From Candidatus Dojkabacteria bacterium (GTDB lineage Bacteria > Patescibacteriota > Dojkabacteria > J137): 64,000 nt of DNA. The first letter of the stretch is position 1, and every line of letters begins with the position of its first letter. Made by a program: the position numbers and the translations under genes. Below are positions 57,690 to 64,000 of this stretch, one piece after another. The notes beneath the pieces are model-generated. The model worked only from the letters and a program-made list of their open reading frames with translations, searched no databases and was not told the DNA's origin. The stretch spans positions 192,680 to 256,679 of the forward strand of contig JAUQWV010000001.1 of NCBI GenBank assembly GCA_030834985.1, in the 5' to 3' direction.

Positions 57690-58781
57690 ATGAAAACCTG
57701 GCAGAAACTAAAAGAAAATCCTTTATTGTTTCAAAGGTATTTTATTAAAGAATATATTATTAAGGCCTGCCGCAAATTCTTTGAAGAAAGAAACTATCAC
57801 GAACTGGAAAGCCCATTAATTACTAACGCTTTACCGCAAGAAAGATACTTAGATGTACTTACTACCGAAATTGAACTAAAAGGCGGAATAAAAAAAACTG
57901 CCTATTTAACGCCTACAACAGAGACCTATAATAAAAAGATTCTTGCGGCAGGCCTAGGTGAACATTTTGTAATTACTAAAGTTTTGCGAGGACTTGAAGA
58001 AATAGGAGTAAATCATTCACCTGAATTTACAATGCTTGAATGGTATCATCTAAATACAGATTACAATGGAATAATGCGTGATACTGAAGAGCTTTTTTTG
58101 TTCATCTTCAATTACCTTAAAGACGCCCTTCAAAAAGAACTCAAACTAGGTAAGTTTCCGATTGACTTTAGCAATTTTAATAATGATAAGCCAATTACTA
58201 CATATCAGGGCAATAAGATAGATTTAAGTTCACCTTGGCATAGGGTATCTATACCAGAAGCCTTAGAAAACTATGCAGGAATTAGGTTAGAAGATATTCA
58301 AGATGAAGAAGCTTTTAGGAAAATTGCGTTAGAAAAAGGGTATAAAGTTTCAGAAGAAGATGATTGGCAGCGAATTTATGAATGGATTTGGGCAAATGAA
58401 ATTGAACCAAAACTTTCCACGGATAAGCCTGTATTTGTGTATGATTTTCCAAAGCAAGTTTGCGTTTTAACAAAGGTAAATCCAATAAATCCTTTAGTAT
58501 GTGAAAGAGTTGAAATCTACTTAGCTGGTAAAGAAGTCGGGAACGGATATACCGAACTAATAGACGCTCAATATCAGGAAGAGAGATTTAAAGAAGAGGC
58601 ATTAGCTAGAAAAAAATTAGGATTAAAAGAAATTGCATTTGACCACGATTTAATTGATGCTTTAAAAAGCGGGCTGCCTGATGTAGCCGGTATTGGGATC
58701 GGACTAGATCGAGTAGCAATGGTTTTTGCAGATGCCAAATACATTTCAGACATTAATTACTTTCCTGTTAGTGAATGGTAG
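57690..58781 (+). CDS. epmA: EF-P lysyltransferase EpmA/GenX-like
   Basis: LysRS catalytic domain without anticodon domain: HSPEFTMLEWY, ERVEIY, EVGNGYTEL, GLDR; 17 bp after efp. Confidence 0.88.
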   Translation: MKTWQKLKENPLLFQRYFIKEYIIKACRKFFEERNYHELESPLITNALPQERYLDVLTTEIELKGGIKKTAYLTPTTETYNKKILAAGLGEHFVITKVLRGLEEIGVNHSPEFTMLEWYHLNTDYNGIMRDTEELFLFIFNYLKDALQKELKLGKFPIDFSNFNNDKPITTYQGNKIDLSSPWHRVSIPEALENYAGIRLEDIQDEEAFRKIALEKGYKVSEEDDWQRIYEWIWANEIEPKLSTDKPVFVYDFPKQVCVLTKVNPINPLVCERVEIYLAGKEVGNGYTELIDAQYQEERFKEEALARKKLGLKEIAFDHDLIDALKSGLPDVAGIGIGLDRVAMVFADAKYISDINYFPVSEW

Positions 58782-58790
58782 AATTAGTAA

Positions 58791-59462
58791 ATGCTCGAGG
58801 AAGACACAATAACAACAGAATCCGGATTTGAGGCTCTTTTTCTTCGTAGTGCTGAGCTATACGAAAAGATAGACCCAGATATACTGTCCAAGTTACTTGA
58901 ATACTTACATTCAAGCGAATTTAGAAGTATTCAGCATACTGCTGCTATGAAAATGAGTGAACATCTTAAAGAGCAGATACATACTCCAGACGGATTGACT
59001 CTTACATATGTTGGCAGAGGATTATTTTCTCTTATTTTCACTTTTGAATATAACAATACCGTCTTTGCTATCAAAGCTCAAAATTTATTAAAAACAGGTG
59101 AGATTGATAAAAATATAAGCTATATCCACGAAGTATTGTTATTTGAGCAACTGCAAGCAGACTTAGGTGACGCTTTGTCAGCACATGGTATTAAACTTCC
59201 CAAATACTATTTAGGCGGCAGTGATATAGCTATAAGAGAATACATCGAAGGAACTCCACTATCTATAAAAACAGCCGAAACTGTAGTTGCAACAATTAGC
59301 CCAATAATGCAGGAATGGCTAGATAAAAAGAAAGAGAAGAACCCACGAAGATGGGAAGATATCCGGTTAGACTTAGTAGATATGCTAGGCAAACCAGCTG
59401 GCAAAAACTTTATACTGACACCTTCTGGCGACATTTATCTTATAGATCCTTTTTACGGTTAA
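58791..59462 (+). CDS. Minimal protein-kinase-like fold protein
   Basis: Gly loop VGRGLFS, FAIK Lys, helix-C Glu (HE), hinge REYIEG, D...KNFIL, YLIDP. Confidence 0.6.
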   Translation: MLEEDTITTESGFEALFLRSAELYEKIDPDILSKLLEYLHSSEFRSIQHTAAMKMSEHLKEQIHTPDGLTLTYVGRGLFSLIFTFEYNNTVFAIKAQNLLKTGEIDKNISYIHEVLLFEQLQADLGDALSAHGIKLPKYYLGGSDIAIREYIEGTPLSIKTAETVVATISPIMQEWLDKKKEKNPRRWEDIRLDLVDMLGKPAGKNFILTPSGDIYLIDPFYG

Positions 59463-59463
59463 T

Positions 59464-60213
59464 ATGAATCCAAACGACATTACTGCTCAATATTACAATA
59501 TTGTCTACTCACCATATAAAAGTAAGGATATAACAGATGCAGAAGTCTCGCTAATAAATAAACTAGTTTCGCCGCCAGCACATATTTTAGATATTGGGGC
59601 GGGCACAGGGCGGCACGATATCAGTTTACTTCAGCAGGGATATGCAATTACTGCCGTTGATTCGTCCAAAGGTATGCTTAAAATCTTAACTGATAACGTG
59701 CCGCCAAATTTAGCTGCAAATCTTACAATACTCAATAAGAATATTTATACCTTCAATACAAATCAAAAATTCGATCTTATTACAATGTTCTGGAATACAT
59801 ATAACGAAGTAGCACTAACAAGAAAAAGCGCTTTGTTATTATTAAAGAAATTAAAGACATTACTTAAGCTTAATGGTAGGATCCTAATAAATATTGATAA
59901 TTCAAAATTAGTAGATCCTAAAAACTTTGATTTTTCAACAGAAACAACAGATAAAGGATTTACTTATAAACTAAATTGGAAAACTGTTCGATATAATTTA
60001 AGAACTAACACATCTGTTTCTAAAGAACAGATTGATGTTTATAAAGAAAATAAATTGGTAGATAGTAAAACAACTCTTATTAAACAGAGATATTGGAGTA
60101 TTGAAGAACTTAGCACAATAGCTGCTCAAGCAGAATTATCAACTGAACAATATGTAATTAAGAATTCAGATGAGCTCTACTTAGTATTATCACGAATAAA
60201 TAAATCTGAATAA
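59464..60213 (+). CDS. Class I SAM-dependent methyltransferase
   Basis: ILDIGAGTGR, AVDSS, FDLI, LKLNGRILI. Confidence 0.9.
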   Translation: MNPNDITAQYYNIVYSPYKSKDITDAEVSLINKLVSPPAHILDIGAGTGRHDISLLQQGYAITAVDSSKGMLKILTDNVPPNLAANLTILNKNIYTFNTNQKFDLITMFWNTYNEVALTRKSALLLLKKLKTLLKLNGRILINIDNSKLVDPKNFDFSTETTDKGFTYKLNWKTVRYNLRTNTSVSKEQIDVYKENKLVDSKTTLIKQRYWSIEELSTIAAQAELSTEQYVIKNSDELYLVLSRINKSE

Positions 60214-60948
60214 ACTTGTAAATACAATACTTGCTGTTTCTGATCTTAATACTGGTGAGTCTAAATAAACAAATGTCAGCCCCCACTCTTTTGCCATCTT
60301 ATGTTCAGCTGGAGAAAAGCCCCCTTCTGGACCAATTAAAAACGCAATATTATTTTTAAACTTATCTACCTCTATTTGATTTAATGGCTGTGCTTCTAGC
60401 GATTCTGCAATCTTTTTTCGAGGAATAGTTACAAAATACACAACATCAAAGTCAGAAAGAAGATTTTTAACCTCTTTAAATGTTATACCTTGATAGATTT
60501 CGGGAACTGAAATTCGTTCACTCTGTTTAGAAGCTGCTATTGCAAGCTTATTCCATCTTTCAAGTTTTCTTTCTATAACTTCAACTTTAGTTTGTGAAAA
60601 ATCTGTTTCCATTGGGACAATCGAAGTAATACCTGTTTCTGTAGTTTTTTCAATTACCGTATCAAATTTACCTGCGCGCAATAACCCTTGAAACAAAGTA
60701 ATCTTTGCAAAATGATCTTGGGTGTTTACTTGATCTTGCAGCAGCTCATCAAGAACAACCATTATTACATCTTTTGAGACAACCTTGAGAGTAGCCAAAA
60801 ATTCTTTTTCACCATTAAAAACAATAATTTTATCGCCCTTTGTAAGCCTTAGAACTTTTTTTATATGACTTATATCTGAATCGGAGAGCTTCACACTACT
60901 GCCAATCCTTATATTTTTTCGTTCAGTAAAAAATCTATTAAGCCTCAT
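60190..60948 (-). CDS. rsmE: 16S rRNA m3U1498 methyltransferase
   Basis: HIKKVLRL, EKTTETG, ASKQSER, IGPEGGFS, LRSETA; start at ATG 60948. Confidence 0.95.
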   Translation of the reverse strand: MRLNRFFTERKNIRIGSSVKLSDSDISHIKKVLRLTKGDKIIVFNGEKEFLATLKVVSKDVIMVVLDELLQDQVNTQDHFAKITLFQGLLRAGKFDTVIEKTTETGITSIVPMETDFSQTKVEVIERKLERWNKLAIAASKQSERISVPEIYQGITFKEVKNLLSDFDVVYFVTIPRKKIAESLEAQPLNQIEVDKFKNNIAFLIGPEGGFSPAEHKMAKEWGLTFVYLDSPVLRSETASIVFTSLFRFIYS

Positions 60949-60954
60949 AAACAA

Positions 60955-61707
60955 TTACTCTGCTGCACCAGCATTTTCAGCTCCAGGTGAATCTGTTAAA
61001 ACTGTTTCGGTGCCACTATTAGTGTCTGTTTCTGTAACTGTTTCTTCTTGTTGATTTGCCTCAGCTTGTTCAATTAAACTTGCAATTTGTTTATCGAAGT
61101 CATCGAAAGTTTGCATTTTGAACTGCTTACCATAAATAAATATTGTTGGTGTAGAAGCTGCACCCATTTTAGCAATTGCTTTATCTTTTTCTGCTTTAAC
61201 TTCTGCCCTTACTTCTTCACTAACTCTATCTTTTTTAAACTGTTCAACATCTAACTCTAAAAATTCTGCTAAAGCATCTAAATCTATTGCTTCAGCAAAA
61301 AGTTCTTTTTCGGCATCACTGAATGTGAATAAAGGATGAGTAGGAGTCTTCCTATATGTTATCCATTTAAATAAACCATCAGTATACTCGTTAAACTTAC
61401 CTTGTTTTCGCGCTGCAATAGCTGCATTAGCATATTCAACAGAGGTATCGGGGTTCTGGCCTGCAGTTAAAAATGGCAGCATTTTTAATTCAATATTAGC
61501 TTTTTCACCATATTTTTGACGTGCCTGCTGAACATAAGGTTCAAAATCTGCACAATGAGGACAATTAAAGTCTACATAAACTTCCACCTCCACTGGTAAT
61601 TGGACATTTTCAAATTCCTGCTTATTCCGTTGATTAGAAATAAAATATAGTCCCCCAAAGCTGACTAAAATCAGTAGAACTATCCAAACATAAGAAGGTA
61701 TTTTCAT
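60955..61707 (-). CDS. Membrane-anchored DsbA-family protein
   Basis: TM, YVDFNCPHC, AARKQGKF, STPTIFI. Confidence 0.9.
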   Translation of the reverse strand: MKIPSYVWIVLLILVSFGGLYFISNQRNKQEFENVQLPVEVEVYVDFNCPHCADFEPYVQQARQKYGEKANIELKMLPFLTAGQNPDTSVEYANAAIAARKQGKFNEYTDGLFKWITYRKTPTHPLFTFSDAEKELFAEAIDLDALAEFLELDVEQFKKDRVSEEVRAEVKAEKDKAIAKMGAASTPTIFIYGKQFKMQTFDDFDKQIASLIEQAEANQQEETVTETDTNSGTETVLTDSPGAENAGAAE

Positions 61708-61748
61708 ATAAAGACTAATAAAATGAAATAAATTTTTCTAATTATACA

Positions 61749-62897
61749 TCAAATACTTTTATACGCTGTAATCAATTTATCTATCACATTATCCCACCTG
61801 TATATTTTACTTGCGGTAATACCGTTTTTACCTTTAGTAATGTATTCATTTTTATTATTTTTTATTTTATTTATGCTTAAGCTCCAGGAGTCAAAATCTA
61901 AAGGATCTAGTATCTCACCAAATTCTTCAGTAATAATTTCTTTAGGACCGCCATGTGAAGTAGCAAGAATATATTTACCCTGAGTCATTGCCTCAACTAA
62001 AGTAATACCGAATGGTTCATAAATACTTGGCAGCAAAAAAATATCTATAAAGGCATAAAATTCTAAAGATTCACTAACATCAATATATTCCTTTGTGAAA
62101 AAAACATTATCTAAGTCCTTAAAATGATTTGTTAAGTTTTCTAAGTAGCCGCCATCACCGCCTGCAAAAATAAATAGACAATCAGCATTATTCTTTGCTG
62201 CTACAAATAAATTCTGAATTCCTTTTACGTAATCCATTCTACACAAGCATCCTACTACTAAGTTCCATTTTTTCTTATCAAGATTGTATTTTTTTACAAA
62301 AATATTATCAGGTACAAGCTCTTTAACCTTTTCAAAATAAATATCGCGTATTCCATTCGGAATAACTTCAATACGATTATTAGCAATTCCAAAATGCTTA
62401 TGAACATATTCTTTTTCTGATTGTAGCAAAGCGAGATATTTATCGATTCCAAAAGCAAATAGCCTTAAAACTAAATCATAAAAGCTAACAAGAAATGAAA
62501 GTAAACTTCCTCGCTTTGCTTTATCAACTACAAATGGATTATGACCTGTAAGCACCAGTTTTTTTCTCCTTAAAATCTTTATTATTATGGCAAAAAGCAA
62601 ATGAGCATCATGGGCATTATGTACATGTATTAAATCAAAATCTTCAGATAACAGATTCCAAATTAAAGAAAGCGAAAATCTAAAAAAGTAGCCAAATCCA
62701 AAAAGGTATTTAAATCTTTTTACACCTTCTTCTTCTGTACTTATTGTTAAGCGTTTATCTAACGAATGCGAAGCATCCGTAGTAAAAATTCGTACCTTAA
62801 ATCCGTTACTAGTTAAATGTTGATAAATCTCTTCCACTTGCCTTTCTACACCACCTACGGATGGTTTGTAGAATGTACTTAACTGAATAATTTTCAT
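61749..62897 (-). CDS. GT4-family glycosyltransferase
   Basis: GGVE, IPNG, KG, PSIYEPFGITLVEAM. Confidence 0.93.
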   Translation of the reverse strand: MKIIQLSTFYKPSVGGVERQVEEIYQHLTSNGFKVRIFTTDASHSLDKRLTISTEEEGVKRFKYLFGFGYFFRFSLSLIWNLLSEDFDLIHVHNAHDAHLLFAIIIKILRRKKLVLTGHNPFVVDKAKRGSLLSFLVSFYDLVLRLFAFGIDKYLALLQSEKEYVHKHFGIANNRIEVIPNGIRDIYFEKVKELVPDNIFVKKYNLDKKKWNLVVGCLCRMDYVKGIQNLFVAAKNNADCLFIFAGGDGGYLENLTNHFKDLDNVFFTKEYIDVSESLEFYAFIDIFLLPSIYEPFGITLVEAMTQGKYILATSHGGPKEIITEEFGEILDPLDFDSWSLSINKIKNNKNEYITKGKNGITASKIYRWDNVIDKLITAYKSI

Positions 62898-64000
62898 CTA
62901 CTTAAAAATCCTTGATGAATTAAATTTATATATATTGCAGCTCCAATTAATAGTACCACAAAGGTGTACAAGGACGGCTTATAATATTTACGATCCCTAA
63001 ACCGATTAAGAAGTTCAAAATAAGCCAATAAGGCAAATGGATAAACAGGAATTAAAAATCTTAAGCCCAATATTAAATCTGTTATCTTATCTGCAAAACT
63101 TACATTTTTTATTATTGTATAAAAGAGAAATAAGCCTAAAAATGCAGATAATAACAAATTCTTCCATTTAATCTTTGTTCTAAAAAGCAGAATTAGCATT
63201 AATGGATAAAAAATATTTGTTAATAAGAAATATCTGATAAGTGTTGTAGGTACCTGTTCCCAGATAACTGCCCCTTCTTCAGACGAAAAATAGTAACCTG
63301 ATCTGAACAGCGCACCATAATGCTGATGATTAAAGGCTGAAAATAATACAATACCTAATAACAATAAAAGTATAAGGTATATCCATTCTTTTAAAGTATT
63401 TTTGATACCTATTAAAGAAATTTCTGAATAGGCTAAATAGCCTAGTATTATCAAAAGCGGTACTGAATTTGTATATCTTATAAACAAAGTTAATATTATT
63501 GTTAAAGCAGCTAACGGTTGATAATAACTTTGTTTAGTTGCTTTAAGCAGAAGATAAAATGATAAAAGTAAGAAACTCATCGAATAGATCTCGGACATTG
63601 CAGTGCGAGTAAAAAAGATGAAAGGAGGAAATAATGCAAATAGATAAATAAACTTCTTATCTAGTTTATTCATCTGTAAAAGTTTATAAAATACAACAAT
63701 TCCAACCAAAAAAGCGGCAAAAGTTGTTAGTGCTATTAAATTTTTATTGAGTATAACGGCCGGCAGGAGGATCAAAGACGTTCCTATATTGTATTTAGAG
63801 ATGCAATATTCTCCTGCCGGCCACTGTCCAGGAATATTTAAAGAACAATCAGTTTTAAGCCCGCCATTCAATAGCAATTGAGCATTATTTATATAGTCAT
63901 GTTCATCTATTGTGGTAAATTTTGTGGGATAAAAAAGCAAAAGAGGGATAAATACCAGAACACCCGCTATTATTAGGTGCTTTGATTCTAACAATGTATT
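62894..64000 (-). CDS. GT-C-type polytopic membrane glycosyltransferase, 5'-partial
   Basis: Frame open to the window end. DE motif after the first TM, MSE, IRY, RFLIP; about 10 TM segments. Confidence 0.7.
   Translation of the reverse strand, partial: NTLLESKHLIIAGVLVFIPLLLFYPTKFTTIDEHDYINNAQLLLNGGLKTDCSLNIPGQWPAGEYCISKYNIGTSLILLPAVILNKNLIALTTFAAFLVGIVVFYKLLQMNKLDKKFIYLFALFPPFIFFTRTAMSEIYSMSFLLLSFYLLLKATKQSYYQPLAALTIILTLFIRYTNSVPLLIILGYLAYSEISLIGIKNTLKEWIYLILLLLLGIVLFSAFNHQHYGALFRSGYYFSSEEGAVIWEQVPTTLIRYFLLTNIFYPLMLILLFRTKIKWKNLLLSAFLGLFLFYTIIKNVSFADKITDLILGLRFLIPVYPFALLAYFELLNRFRDRKYYKPSLYTFVVLLIGAAIYINLIHQGFLSR

Noticed and set aside
57690-58781. Truncated lysyl-tRNA synthetase pseudogene
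   Set aside because: The EFTMLEWY motif, absence of an anticodon domain and position right after efp fit EpmA.
2201-59434. Many 60-165 aa ORFs antisense or out of frame within long genes (e.g. 2567-2887, 31829-32323, 50025-50345, 51398-51658)
   Set aside because: They lie inside well-supported genes, have no recognisable motifs and mostly use alternative starts; they are expected shadow ORFs.
1-64000. Stop-codon reassignment (code 25), CRISPR array, retron or DGR
   Set aside because: Conserved genes end at TGA at expected positions (umuD, zwf, msrB) and are uninterrupted. I saw no repeat-spacer array or reverse transcriptase by eye.

Overview
AT-rich, densely coding bacterial chromosome segment that reads cleanly in genetic code 11. 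The gene content (stand-alone VirB4 plus partner, short HrcA, shortened Mfd, CPR-type transaldolase, Cys-repeat surface protein, many orphans) suggests a Patescibacteria/CPR genome, possibly Dojkabacteria; this is inference, not a database result. The window holds repair and replication genes (uvrA, mfd, radA, umuDC, dnaE, mutS, ssb), translation genes (mnmA, RlmD-like, rsmE, metG, efp, epmA, tRNA-Ala, tRNA-Gly), a hrcA-grpE-dnaK locus with two variant CIRCE sites, a tkt-zwf-tal operon, transporters and envelope genes. I saw no rRNA, CRISPR array, integrase or transposase. The best candidate for an undescribed system is the efp-epmA-kinase-like-methyltransferase operon. Its EpmA carries Gly at the position equivalent to E. 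coli Ala298, and there is no epmB in the window, which predicts EpmB-independent alpha-lysylation of EF-P. Other notable signals: recurrent leaderless-type promoters, Mfd lacking its autoinhibitory D7 domain, several intact but catalytically eroded enzymes, and a YecM-like/GrpE fusion. All family calls come from motif recognition by eye.
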